Assembly (NCBI RefSeq): GCF_009914755.1
Contig: NC_060930.1
DNA: 64,000 nucleotides
Direction: 5' to 3' (one strand)
DNA from: the human T2T-CHM13v2.0 reference genome, Homo sapiens
Of this stretch, positions 29,444-43,192 are shown piece after piece. The position numbers and the translations under genes were made by a program. The number at the start of each line of letters is the position of its first letter. The stretch's first letter is position 1. A model generated the notes under the pieces. The model had not been told where the DNA came from. It saw only the letters and a list, made by a program, of their open reading frames with translations, and searched no databases.

Positions 29444-32400
29444 GTGAGCACCGCCGGGCGCGGGGCCTGCGCGACCCCCGCCCGCTGCGCCGCGCCCCGC
29501 CCCTCCCCCCCGCCGCCGCCCGCCAGCCGCGGACCCGCCCTCCTTTCCCCCTCCCCCCCTCCGCCCCTTCTCTCCCCTCCCCCTCCCCCAGGCCCACCGC
29601 GGGCCCCGGCGTCCCCCGCAGCCCCCGTCCCCCTGCCGCGGTGTATCCCGGGGTCGCGCGGGCCGAGCGGGGGCTGGCGGGGCGCGGCAGTCACCTGTTC
29701 CCCTCTCCGGCCGCTCACCTGGTGGCTCACCTGGGCCGCCGCCCCCACCCCCGCGAGCGCGGCGCGGCCCCGGCCTCATCCCCGGCGGCGCGGGGGGCGC
29801 GGCGGCGCGCGGGGCCGGCGCCCTCCACCTGCAGCCCGGTTGTGGCTCGCGGCGCCCCTTCGCCGTGGCCGGGATGGAGCCTGTGACGCGCGCTGTGCTT
29901 CGGGTTCATAAACTTGCAGGCTGCCAGCTGGGAGGGGAAAGTCAGTATCACAAAGTTCGGGAGGTGCGGGCTGCCTGATGGCACAGGCCCGGAGTCGGAC
30001 GCCTCCGAGGAAAGGCGCCCCTTCTCCACCTTCGGGGCCGCGAGGAAGGGCCCTCGGCGGCGGCCTCTGCCCGGAGGGAGGCGCCGGCCCCAGGCTGGCT
30101 CCCTGAGAGGAGGAGGAAATCACGCTCGCTCCTGGCCTGGTAACAATGGGGGTTGTTTATAGCAAAGCTGCTGAAAGCGTTCCGAGCAGCTTTTAAAAAA
30201 ATGTTTGAGTCCAAGTCCACTAGGAAGGGCTCCGTGGAGAGGGGAGGGAGGTGAAGGGTCGGGGAGCAACCCTGTAAATCGCTCCGCAAGGGTCGGTTCC
30301 GCGCTCTGTTCATTCGGTGGCTGCACAGACTTTACCAGCATAAAAAAATTTCACTCAATATTTGTGCCCGTTTAGGAAATCATTTTAATAGCGTCTATTT
30401 TTGATTTGTTGTAATAGGTAATTTATAGTTAATACTTGCTATAAAATACTAGCTCCTAGGCAACAAAACATGTTTGGCAGATTTGAACATTCTTACGAAA
30501 TGTAATCCTTTTATCATTAAATTCCACTTTATGTTTTTGAGAGAATTTGACTATTGCTTCTCTGATTTCTTGAGTTTTTGCCAGTCATGGGAAGGACTCT
30601 ATTTCTTCTGTTTTCATCTGTACCTGTGACTGCACTTGACGTGGGTAGCTAGCCATTTGTCTTAATACTGAGTTGAATACTGACACACGCCATTAGGCTC
30701 AGGTTGTCAATTTGAGCATAGATGTTATGTTAAGTTACTCCTGATTCATTCATCTTCTGTAATGATTTTATGAGTTAGGTTCTAGTAAGGGAGTTAGTAC
30801 TATGTACTTAAGTGTTCGTTCATAGACTAGTGTATCTTTAGAAAGGTGACATGATAATTTAGTTTCAGGATTATGTTTTCTTTTAGAATAATGAATTCAT
30901 TTTTCTTTTTATCACAAGGTAAAAAAAGTTGACCATAAAACATTTTCTTGGTGTGTAGCTTTTTTTTTTTGTTTGAATGGATTTTTTTTTTTTTTGAGAG
31001 ATTTCTCAAGTCTGGTGGAAAGGAATCTTTTTTCGGTTTAATAAAGAGAATTCAGCTTTTTGGGATTTTGAATTGAGTTAGCATTAAAAAAATCTCAAAT
31101 CAGAAACATTATAGTTCATTGATTTAATTAAATTCTATTTTAAGCACTCAATTGAAACTTTTTATTTCTTAGTGATATGACTAGTTTTTAAAATTGGCCT
31201 GTCATTTGGAAAGCTGTTTTTTCAGTTATACTGTAGGTGAAAGTTTGCTTTGTACATACACTGAAGCAAAACAAGAATTGAAGGACTTGGAAAAAAAGAT
31301 GATATATTTCATTTCCTAATTTTTCTCCCTACTTATATCTGAACATTTCCATTTTTAGAAATTATTCTTCAGAATTGTATTAGAAGCCTTTCATAATGAA
31401 ATGAATGGTTTTTAAGAATGTCCATATATTGGTTTTTTAGCTTTTTTACTATATAGTGGCTGGCTCACATTTCTATTTTGTTTTCTCGAGAACTTTCCTG
31501 TACTATTAAATTTATTCTGGTCCTAGTTAAGCTTTGCATTTAACATATTGTATCTTTTATTATGATGTAGGTAAACTTAATATGAGTAATTCTCTCAGCC
31601 AGTATTTCAAGGCCAACAGTTTCAATTTGCTTTGTCTAAGCTCGTGTGAATTTTTTTTTTTAACCATCTAATGATTATTTTTACTCTATTTGGCCATCAC
31701 AAGTCCAATTTTTTAGTTTTCTGCAAGAACAGAAGCATTGTACTGGTCCTTATCAGATGTTCAGTAGATGTTGAACAAATTCACTGCAGGAGTTGATTTG
31801 TAGAAATAAGATTTAAGCCTTGTATTTATTTACTTGGGTAATCTTTTTATGTGTATGAGAGTATAGTTGTGGGTTTTCTTTTGTTGTTTTTTTTTTGGGT
31901 ACAGTGATAAGTATCTGTTTTCAAATTTTATAACTTCATTAATCATCTATGATTGGTGGTTTCAGGCAGCTTTGATAACCACTGATAATTTTGTGGTTTC
32001 TGTGTTTAGGAAGATGATAAACTTGGTTCTTTGGATTACATTCTTTTTTTAAGAAAACTAGAGTATGTTTTAACATCATCCTGGCTAAGTTTGCTTTTTC
32101 CTTTGTATTCACATTTGTGGGTAAAGGAAGGGCTTACAAAGAATAAGCAGGCTATCACTGGAGTATTTTTCAGGCTCTTTGTCACTTGGATCCTAGATTC
32201 ATTTGGAATTTGTAAAATGAGAGTTGATCTGAACCTGATGTTGTTATTTTATAACCAGGAGATTGATGCTAAGCTGACTTAATGTCTTGATTACTATGAA
32301 AAGCTGTAGCTCACAGAAACTCCTTAAAGTATGTATAGTCCCTCCTTTGCTTATTTTTAATGTTACAGCTTGTTTTCTTTTAGGGATTCCTGGATAATTA

Positions 32401-33135
32401 TGGCAGCAGAGTCCTTTTAATCTTTCCTGTCACCTCCTTAGAAGAGGGCTTCTCTGGTTATCCAAAGGTCTCCCTGTTGGTTTTAACTTACCAGACTTGT
32501 CATTGTCATTGGTATGTCTGTCTCCCTCTTATTACACGAAGGCAAGAGTGTAGAATTTTCTTGGATAATTGTTCTGTATCTTGCATGGTAGGAGCTCAAT
32601 AAATATTGTGTGGAAAGAATGTTGAATATGGCCTTCATTGTATATACCTTTATTCATGACAAAATATGGCATATATGCTTTCTAAAAATGTAGTGAAGAG
32701 TGTTTATTAGGCCAGTGAGTATTTATGTTTTCATGTCTTATTCTTAGTTTTGCAAGAAGCTTACACTTAAATGCAGAAATTATGCTAGGTAATTGACTAT
32801 TTAGCTTCACGAGATACTTCTTAAAGTCATTTATTTTTTATTGGATTTATTGCCTCCTTCTTGCCCTGATGGTAAAAATAACCCAGAATTTATGTGGACA
32901 CCTACATATGCTTTATTACAGGTGAATACATTACATTTTAATACTCTGATTAATCGAGAAGTAATGTGGTGATTCATGTTTTCTGGAGATGTGTGTAAGA
33001 AATAACTTTGTCAGCAGAGGTGGAGTAGGAAGTCTTCAGGTGAAGTGGTAATAATTGCATAACTTATAGCTACATCTATATTCCAGACTAATATTAGCTT
33101 GTGACTATGCTTTATCATACAACTGAACTATATTT

Positions 33136-33139
<4 letters not shown>

Positions 33140-33167
<28 letters not shown>

Positions 33168-33444
33168 GAGTCAGAGTCTCACTCTCTTGCCCAGGCTGGA
33201 GTGCAGTGGCACGATCTCAGCTCATTACAACCTCTACCTTCCAGGTTCAAGTGATTCTTGTGCCTCAGCTACCTGAGTAGCTGGGATTACAAGCATGTGC
33301 CACAACATCTGGCTAGCTTTTGTATTTTTAGTAGAGACGGGGTTTTGCCATGTTGGCCAGGCTGGTCTTGAACTCCTGGCCTCAGGTGATCTGCCTGGCC
33401 TCCCAAAGTCCTGGGATTACAGGCATGAGCCACTGTGCCTGGCT
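33140..33444 (-). mobile_element. Alu (old S/J) with ~28-nt poly(T)
   Basis: Reverse Alu consensus. Confidence 0.95.
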
Positions 33445-36304
33445 GTCAATAGTTGTATTTTTAAATATTGGTACTGCTGAAGATCTGTTTCTGGTGACTG
33501 ATGTTTTAATGAGATGGATGATTGCCAATGATGTATTTTTAGTATTTATAGGCATCCCTATTTTTTATTTTTGATAAGTTGAATCTCATTGGTGGTTATA
33601 ACCTTTTAAAAATCTTTTATTTCCTTTAATAACTGGTTACGTTTTATGTTTGATTCGGTGTGTTCTTGTAAGTCTGAGGGACAGCTCTTATCTAACAGTG
33701 TTGAGTCATCTTAAGTTGAAACTACATCTAGGCTAGTTTCAATTTGCTGTCTTCCTGCCAGTGAAAAATAATTTTATTTTACATAATTTGCAGACCTGAT
33801 GGAAAATAAGTGTTATAACTGTAGACTTTTATAACACTATCAAACTGTGATTGTGGTTAAATTAATAGTGGCAGACTAGCAGAAGTGGGTCTTTCATATT
33901 CTTGAAAAACAGGGATCATAAATGATTAGGATATGATACCAAATTGGTGAGAAGCTTAAGAAACGTTTATGATTGTCATTAAGGATTTGATTGAGCAATT
34001 GTAGTGTATAAAGCATTATTTCTAGGTGTTGGTTAATCTGGTAGCATAGACTAATTTGTTTATAAACAGTTTTACCAGACTTGAATTTTGGTGTAATGTC
34101 AGACAGTGTGTACTAATAAGTAGGATAGCATTTATTTTGATATAAACATGTTTCTTTATTATAAATAAAATGTATATGCAGGTAGCAGTTATTGAACATA
34201 TGAGACTGAACTCATTTGAAAATTATTTTCAGGTTAGATTGAGTCTTGATTTCTGCTGTTGTTCAAATGTTTGCTATTTCTGTTAGTTTTCTGGCTGATA
34301 GTATATAGGATATACCCATTCACCTTGTAGATACTTAAGACAGAGATCAAATGTATCTGTCTGGCCTACATTTACACTTGTAAGTTGGATACTGAGCAGT
34401 GTGCCAAATCCCACAGACCCTTTAACCAGTTCTGGGCATGTCGGAGTTGGCTAACGCTGATGTGCTGATAGGGCCTGAAAAATCTACCGGTGGGCTTCCA
34501 GTTCGTGTCTCTCTATGTGGGAGTTCATAGCAGGAGTGTGCGTGTTCTAAGAATTGTACCGTCTTTGTTAATGAGTAGAAGATTTTTCTGAACATTTCTC
34601 GTTGTGTGTAACTGGGCTAAAGCAGGCTGAGAGGTGGCAAGGGAGATCTTTGCCTAGCTGAAGTCATCTGGTTGAGATTTTATTCTAGCAACCATAAGAA
34701 CATAAAATTCACTAATCATTTTGACATATGTGATTGACCAAAACCATATTAGAATTTAATTTAGAAAGTGAATGTGCTTAATAAAGTGAGAATAAGCATA
34801 TAGAGAGGTGGTTCAAATACAAGCAGGAAGGTATTTTCCCAGTGTATTTCCAAAAAGGATAATTTGAAGTTTTATACTTACAAATTTATGCATGTATGTC
34901 ATGAGTGAAACTCTTTTGAGGAACTGAAATGGAATAGTTTACTATGGCTGGAAAAGAGCCAAAATTTTTGTGCTTTTGCTCACAAGAAATTTAATGTTAA
35001 AATTGTATGGCTTACAGAAAATAAGCAATGTCAACCTTGGTTGCACATGTTTACACTTTGCTGTGTTTTTAGGCTGAATATACACAACTTGCTTTACCTT
35101 GTAAGCGTCACTCCTTTGTAGTTAGAGTGGCTATGTGGAACCCTGTGAGTACAAGTGGGCACTATTAATAATTATACCAGGACAACAGCCATAAACTGGA
35201 GTTGTCTCCTTTAACTCTAGGTATGAACAGGTTGGACTTGCTGGCACTGTTTTTTCAGTTTCTGCAGTTTCAAACTTCCTGAAGTTTATTAGTGCCTGAC
35301 TGACCTAGGCTGACAGGACAAGACCATTTTCACAGAATATTCAGACTTTTTTGTGGGTGTTTTAAAAACCATCTTCCTCTTCGGTAGGGTGGAAGCAGGC
35401 TGAAAAGTACATATTGCAGTTGAGGCTAGCTCTAGTCTAGCTCTGCCACTGACTATAGTAACAACAGCAGGATAGGTTGTTTCCAAATTAGGAAGTCGTG
35501 CCTTGCCTCCTAAAACTCCACCTGAAAGTGCCTTTGATTTTCAGAATAGAAGAAAGGTTGACCCAACATTATGATCCGTGAAAAAAATGCTCATTTGTTT
35601 GTTGTTTGGGGGGTGTTTTATTGGCTGAGTGGTGCAGTGGGCTGTTCTATTCAGAATCCTAGCAAGTTCTCTTGCTTGAGTTCATACATGTTCTATTAAA
35701 GGAAAATCAGGCGGTTTCTGCTCTTTGCAGACTTAAAACTTTTGGTTCTTCCAAGAATTTGCTTTCTCTTTATTCTTGTTTGCTCATAGTGGTACTTTCC
35801 ATTGTGGTCTACTTATTATTCTAGTTCCTGATTTTTTTATAGGAGAACCAACAAAAATTCTGTCAATTTTTTCACTGTTAACCAGCTTTTGGTACTGAGC
35901 TTTGAGGTTGCCAGTTTCCCTCCTCCTCTTTGACTTCGGTTCTGTATGTTAAGTAGAGAAAATGAAATGGGAGTAACAATATGGTCACTCTCAGACACTA
36001 TCCACTGTTTTAAAAACATTGTATTTTTAAGTTTTATAATCTCTTATAAACATGCTTAGTATAAAATTCATAGATTGAGGACATATCTTTCAAATATGTT
36101 ATTTTAAATATTGTTATTATTATCCAAATAAACTTCTGAGTGCTGCAGACTCCTAGATGCTCATACAGTATACCATGATTTTACATAGGTTGCAAAGAAC
36201 ATTTGTTTTTCAATAATATGATTTTACACGAGCTTTTTAATGAGTTATTAGGTTACATTACATTACACTTTTTACATTAATTTCATTGGGAAAAACTTGG
36301 AATT

Positions 36305-36632
36305 TTTTTTTAAATTTTTTATTTCTGTAGGTTTTTGGGGAACAAGAGGTATATGGTTACTTGAGTAAGTTCTTTAGTGGTGATTTGTGAGATTTTAGTG
36401 CATCCATCACCCTAGCAGTGTACACTGAACCCAGTTAGTAGTCTTTTATCTCTCATCCTCTTCCCACCCTTTTCCCCGAGTCCCCGAAGTCCATTGTGTC
36501 ATTCTTAGGCCTTTGTATCCTCATAAGTGCTCGCACTTAGGAGCGAGAACATATGTTTGGTTTTCCATTCTTGAGTTACTTCACTTAGAATATAGTCTCC
36601 AGTCCCATCCAGGTTGCTGTGAATGCCATTAA
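36305..36632 (-). mobile_element. L1PB1-like 3' end
   Basis: ggtttttggggaaca...gagtaagttctttagtggtgatttgtgagatttt...ttttccattcttgagttacttcacttagaat. Confidence 0.88.
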
Positions 36633-36917
36633 TTGGAATGATTTTTGTTGTTGTTGTTGTTTCGGTTTTTTTTTTTTTTTTTTTTTTTTCGAAAGGTATA
36701 AAACGTGATAGATGGAACACTGGACTACATCTTGAATAACAAGTCACGGTGCATCACACCATGAAAACACCCCTCCTGCCACCCATGGAACGATTCTTTT
36801 TAAGAGGCATTGGGAATAAAACCAGTTGTGTCAAGGATTCTAGTTTGAACTTACTTTATTTTCATTTCTGCTGTCCTCCTTTGGAAGATTCTTTTAAATA
36901 CTTTTCATACTCTATAC

Positions 36918-37208
36918 AGTGGCTTATCCCTGTAATCCCAGCAGTTTGGGAGGCCAAGGCAGGAGTATTGCTTGAGCCCAAAAGTTTGTGACCAGTCTGG
37001 GCAACACAGTGAGGTCCCGTCTCTACCAAAATTTAAAAAAAAATTAACAAGCAGGGTGGCACATACCTGTGTTCCCAGCTTCTTGGGAGGCTGAGGCAGG
37101 ACGATTGCTTGAGCCCAGGAGGTCAAGGCTGCAGTGACCTATGAAGGAGCCACTGCACTGCACTGCAGCCTGGGTGACAGAGTGAGACCCCATCTCAAAA
37201 AAGAAAAA
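36918..37208 (+). mobile_element. AluJ-like
   Basis: ttgcttgagccca and ggaggtcaaggctgcagtga (J diagnostics), A tail. Confidence 0.92.
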
Positions 37209-37209
37209 C

Positions 37210-38068
37210 ATTTGTCTGCCTTGCACTTTGAATGGTTCTTTTACTCACGTGTGATTTTCTTCCCTCTTGTTGATTATTAGGAAAATATTGATTCACTGAG
37301 TTATGCAGATCTACTAAATGTTGATAAATTTCCTTAAACAATAACAAAATGTTAACCTTTGTTAATATCACCACTGATCTCATCAGAAAAATTGTAAGTA
37401 TAGGGAAGCTCTCAAACTCTCAGTAGTGGATACAAGTTTTTAAAAAATTTTCATTTCAGAGCTCAAATTTTATTATTGACATCACTGTCATAGGCAGCAC
37501 TTGAAGAGATAAGCTTGCGTTATTCATTTTTGACAAAATGTCTGTCAAATATCTAAGCCTAAATAAGCATAGTTGTTCTTTCAAGTAAAAAAATGGTGTT
37601 CCATGAAAGAAGTGACTAATTCAATTCACAACTTAAACAATTGCTCATATACTTTTTTTTTGAGACAGCTGTCAAGCTGTGGTATGCAGAAGGGCTTTAT
37701 GTATGCCTCCCATTTTGGCACATAATTGAACAAAGAAACGTACTCAATTTTCAAGGAAATCAGTCATTTTTTTCTGTTGTACCAAAGACATTCTTAAGTG
37801 AAACTGGCTTTTTAAAAAAGTTTGCATGGTAGTAAAAAATACGTTTTGTATATAGTGCATTTTGATGCTACTGCCTTGATTTGGTGCTAAGGTGCCATCA
37901 GCTATACTCATCATTGCTTTGACCATTCATGCAAATTCCAACAAAATGAGAAAGGCTAATACTGTCAAAATATTACTAAGAAAATAGTTTTGATCTCACA
38001 GATGACCTGAAAGGGTCTCAGAGAACCTTGGGGGTTCATGGACTGCAGTTTATGAGCTGCTGCCCTAG
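37210..38068. mobile_element. hAT-Charlie DNA transposon remnant
   Basis: Terminal tract aaatagttttgatctcacagatgacctgaaagggtctc...ctgccctag resembles Charlie ends. Confidence 0.6.
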
Positions 38069-39829
38069 AATGTTTAGTGATGAGTTTTAGGGCTGATTTA
38101 AAAAATATGTGTGTTCTAAGGTAGATATTATGTGGTTTTCCAAGTAAGGCTATAATATAAACGTATAATATTTAAAATGTAAACATAGGGCTCATTATTA
38201 TGGAAGTATACATTTCAACATTTATTTTACGCATTTTATATTTTCTGTATTTATAAATGCCTCCTTTTAATTTTTAGTTATCAGTGCTAAGATGCACACA
38301 TTTACATTTTTGTGACTTGAGAATACTGGCCACAAGCTATTAGAGTGATGACCATCAAGTTTTATTACTTGAATTCACTCGGGATGTGACCTAAGCCACA
38401 CCTACTTATGGGACATTTTCAAGTTCTACTTATAGATCTTGTAGTTCAGGGAGCAGTGGCGTCTCATGTATTCAGCACAATGTGGAGTTATGCTGTTGTT
38501 TAATGTGGCTTAGGCCTTCTGGCACTTGTCTGCCCCTTCAGTCTCCGTCTCCCAAATATAAACTCTTGAGTTAGCCAACCATCGGCTGTGTAAAGACGTC
38601 TTTTTCTCCTACTATGTTTAGTTGTATTTTCCCTTGGCTTATTTCCTGAGAAACAGACACACAAACACAGACAGTATTTTATGTTCTAAGACCAATCACG
38701 CACATATGGATTTTTAATACTTCAAAATAATATGTGGATATATTAAAAAAATACGTGTAGTAAAAACAAAATGTCAGAGTACTGCATTTATATTTAAGAT
38801 TAGCATCACTTAAGATTAGTTTTATTTCTACGTAGTGGCACCTTGTTTTGCACAAAATATATTGTGTTGTTAATTTATGGATGAGTGCAAATGCATTTTG
38901 AGTTTTTAAGTCACCAATTTAATTGTTATAGATAGCATTACTAAACTATTATGATGGTACACAATTTTTAACCGTTTAGTGCATCATGCTTATTAGCAAA
39001 CATTGTTTTAATTTATCAGAACAATATAATACAGATAAAAAATTGTAGTTGGTGAATATATGAATTTGTAATGATTCTTTTGTAAAGCAGCTAAGCTTTC
39101 GTTGATTCAGAACTCTGCCAGGAGTACCATGGACAGTGTTTTTACTGAATTTAATGTTTATGACCTCGAATATTTAAAAATGTGTTTTTAATTTAAGATT
39201 GGCAAAGGTGACTTCAGTGAGTTCATAGTACAATTAAAGTGGTTTTTGTGACAAACTTGCTGATTTTAATTTATAAAAAATATATTTTATTACCTTCATG
39301 ACATTGTTAGTTTTGAGAATATGAAGGACAGTGAAATTAAGACTAGTAAATCAGGAAAAACATTAAAAAATATTTATGATATGGCTTATTTTTAAAGTAT
39401 ATTCTTGCAAATATGATTAGACATGAAGGAGCTAGTATGTTTGCTTCACTATAGTAAGATACATTTAAAAAATATTTGCTTCTTTCCATTATTCAAATAT
39501 GCTTATTTTAGAGCATTTGGAAAATACAAACAGAAATGAAGGTAACAAATTACCTAGTGTTCTGCCATCTGAAGAAATGAGTTGCTTTTCAGGCTTTTTT
39601 TTTTTTTTTAACATTTTATTTTATTTTGGAAAAAAGTTTGCGTGTATGTTTAGCTGTATCTGCTTATTAGTTGTTTACATCTTTAGTACTGAATCGTGTT
39701 TCTTAACCAGCCATGCATCTGTCAGGAATCTAGTTTTTAAAGTCACCTAAGTTATTCTGATAGTAATTGTAATACATCACATGTAGTGAACACATGTGAT
39801 ATATACCTGACATTAGTGTAAATGCTTTG

Positions 39830-40010
39830 TGTATGTTATCTTTTTACGTTCTCCTGTGAGGTATGTCCTTTTGCTGTTCCCATTTCTGGATGAAGAACCC
39901 AAGGCACAGGGAGATTAAATAACTTGCTTCAGGGTATGCAAAACTAGTAAGCCACAGAGCAGTGATTGGAACCCAGATCCTCTGACTCTGGAACCTTCTC
40001 TTAAGCACTA
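39830..40010 (-). mobile_element. MIR
   Basis: cccatttctggatgaagaacccaaggcacagggagattaaataacttgc...gaacccagatcctctgactct. Confidence 0.8.
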
Positions 40011-42509
40011 TGTTTGTAAAATCCAAAAATTTAAGGTCACTGCAATGAAACCAGTGTTTGGAAGTTTTATAGGAAAATAATATCCAAGTAGAAAATTTGG
40101 AATGTAATTTTCAGGAAGAACCACAGGCATAATGTAATAAAACATCTCTTCTGTTTTATTTGGATCATATACTTATGTGCATATATATTTATTTCATACA
40201 TAAATACATGATGTATTGATTTTCATCTAGACTTTTTAAAGCCCTATTATAATTTTATCATTGTGATAGTAGATTCTGTGTTTTGTAGCCAAGGTGACAC
40301 ATGCCATATTTTATTTTGTAACTATATACAAACCTTGTATCTTATATAGCATCCAGAAATTGGAATATGAATGAGGAGTTCAGTGAAGAAGTCTTCATAG
40401 CTTCACTGATTACTTTCTTAGGCCTATAGGAAAGAAAGGAGGTCAAGACCTACCCAAGGTTCAGATGCCTTTTTGACAGCATTGGCTGTGACGCTGCGCT
40501 TGTGGAGATCGTTGTGCCTGCTCATGCCATCTCGCCATCTCGCTATCTCGCTTAGTCCCTGTCCTCTTACTGGGCTTCCTCTTGGTGCTGCCTTGCCTGA
40601 CTCTGCTCTGGATGTTGCCCTAGCCCTTCCCTGGTCTGTGCTTACAATTAAACAATAAACAAAATGTGTTTATTCTGTGACTCTTGGAGACTCTGGTTCT
40701 CCTTACTGCCATCACTCAGTTAATTTTGTGTCATAAAGTTTTATTTACACATTAACTAGCAATTTTTCCCCAGATAACATTTGAATTTTAACAATCTTCG
40801 AGAGGTTATCTTTATTACCAACAGTTCCTCAACATCTACTGAACAAATACTTGCATTTCCAAATGAAAAGGGTGAATCTCAGACACAGTGGCCTGTTGTA
40901 CCTTCTTACATCCTACAGCCCATCTTCTCTGGTGATGAGCCTTTGTTTTTCCTTCTTGTAAGAAACAGTGAAGCTTGGCGAGTAACCCTGGAGGAGGTTT
41001 CTAGGTAGGAAGTTAGGAATATTTTTCTTTCATGAATCATGGGTGCTCTGAATATTTGATTTTAAGAACCACATATTAGCCTACCTGATATTGTGATGAG
41101 AATAAACTAAGACTACTCACTCTGCTAGTGTTGTAAGATGCTTAGATGCAGGTAACTTCAATTGCTCACCCATTATATTTTCCTTATTTCTATCGGTTTA
41201 ATGTAGCGTTTGCCTTTAGATTCTTGTGGCCAATATTCTTGCATAAAATATAATTTAACTTCAAAAACTTTTTTTTTTAACCAAGTGGCACCCAACCATG
41301 AAGTGCTACCTGTTTATAATTTGTGTAGCTGCTGAACAGTAGCTTCTGATAAATCAGTAATGTTAACGTTTTATTAGTGTAATGGCATCTTAGACATTTT
41401 ATTTTAGTATGTAATTACAAATGCATGTTTTTGAGAAACACTTCAGATTTTACATTAAATGTAATGGAAATTATTGTTTTCATGAACTGATGCCTATGAA
41501 CAGCAAACGTTTCGGAAATAGTTATGTGCCTGTTTCATGGGCCGAGAAGCATGGGAAATTGTTTCTGTTGTTTACTTTTTTTTTTTCCAGTAATGGCTTA
41601 GCCCTATTAAAATTATGGACATTTAAACATTTTTCTTCAATTGTAGGGATTTATATGAGGATAATGTACTTATTCATTCAGACTGGTATTTATTGAGAGC
41701 CTGTTAGGAGTCAGACTTTGTCAGAGATGAAGGAATGAAGTAATCTGTGATCTCAAGGGAGGAAGTGAACAATTACCTAATGAGCTTGCTGTGCCTTAAG
41801 AAGAGGGAGCGGTAACTGGCACCGAGATCTGGGGCTTGACGTTGACTCCTAGCCCTCCCACTCAGTACATGTGTTCCTTTCTGTCTCCATTTCCACGTTC
41901 ACTCATTGAGTGGTCATCCACTATATGTAAGTTTTGCTGAGCATGTGACACTTAATTGACACATGGTCTTTTTCTCAAAAAGCTCCCATTTCAGTATGGG
42001 AGATAAATTGGGGAAAAATGGCAGTAGTATGGTAAATACTCTATTTGGGTGGTGGGAATCAGGCACATGGTTACAGACTGGAGTCTTTAGATGAGAAGGA
42101 ATATTCTATGGGGAAGAGGGGACCGGCATTCCTGCAGCAGAGATGTGTCCTCTTTGTACCCATTGTGTGTACACACTGTACTAGCACAGTGGTGCCGCGC
42201 TGAGCAAGAGGAGCACTGCAGCTGCGGCAGAATCTCATTGTGGTGGAAGACAGGCACAGCAAGCAAGCAGAGTGTGTTCAGGGCTGTGAAGAGGGGAGAC
42301 CTGGTAGGTAGCTCATGGGCGGTGGACCTTTCCAGGATTTGTCAAGTCAGGGAAGCTTAACTGAGTTCATTTTAGGAAGTGATGTTTATTCTGAATCCTG
42401 AAAAATTTGTAGGAAATAGCTGGGCAAAGGGGTAAGGCTTGAGACCTTATTTAAAAACATTCAATTTGGTTGAATCTGTGCGCAGACATGTGTGAATATG
42501 CAGGCCCAT

Positions 42510-42880
42510 TTTGTGGCTTGCAGATTGTACTGTTCCTCGTTATTCACTGTCCTCCTTGTAAGAGGATTATATGGCCTTTGCCCTTTTGACATCAAGTTTG
42601 ACCATGTGACTTTCTTTGGCCAGTGACAGATACGGTTTCTGAGCAGAAGCTTGAAGTCCATTTCATGGTTCTGTCATTGCCTTTTTCTGTCATCCGTGAA
42701 TCAGTGTGTCCCATGCTGGGGCTCATTCTTGAACCATAGTACCAGAATGAAGATGACTAGATCAGAGCTCCAGCTACTCACAGAATGATATGTTATTGTG
42801 AGAAAGAAATACAGCTTTGTTGTTGTAAGCTGCTAAGATCTTGGGGCCATGTGTTTTCATAGCATCATGTTGTGACTGAG
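42510..42880 (+). mobile_element. MLT1-type MaLR LTR within L2-like sequence (~41680-43760)
   Basis: gaccatgtgactttctttggccagtg and gagaaagaaatacagctttgttgttgtaagctgctaagat. Confidence 0.7.
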
Positions 42881-43010
42881 AAGAGTACTATATGTGTGTC
42901 TGTGTGTACATGCAAGTGTACATACTAGTTGGTTTGGGGCTGAGGAGCCAGTTGCCAGTTATGAAACCAAAGGTGTAAATCATGGTCAGTTCTTATGGGC
43001 CTTGTAAGCC

Positions 43011-43192
43011 AAGTTAAGAACATTCAAGATGAAAGAACATGAGGAGGTTGACAGTTCAGATGGACCTCCCTGGCAGCCGAGTCTGTGGAGTGAAGGGAGG
43101 GAAGTTAAAAACATTCGAGATGAAAGAATGTGAGGAAGTTTGCAGTTCAGATGGACCTCCGTGGCATCTGAGTCTGTGGAGTGAAGGGAGGG
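43011..43192. repeat. Diverged 91-bp tandem duplication
   Basis: 43011-43101 vs 43102-43192; about 10 mismatches counted by eye. Confidence 0.95.

Noticed and set aside
39120-39140. RE1/REST-like site aggagtaccatggacagtgtt
   Set aside because: The right half GGACAG matches, but the left half deviates from TCAGCACC at key positions.
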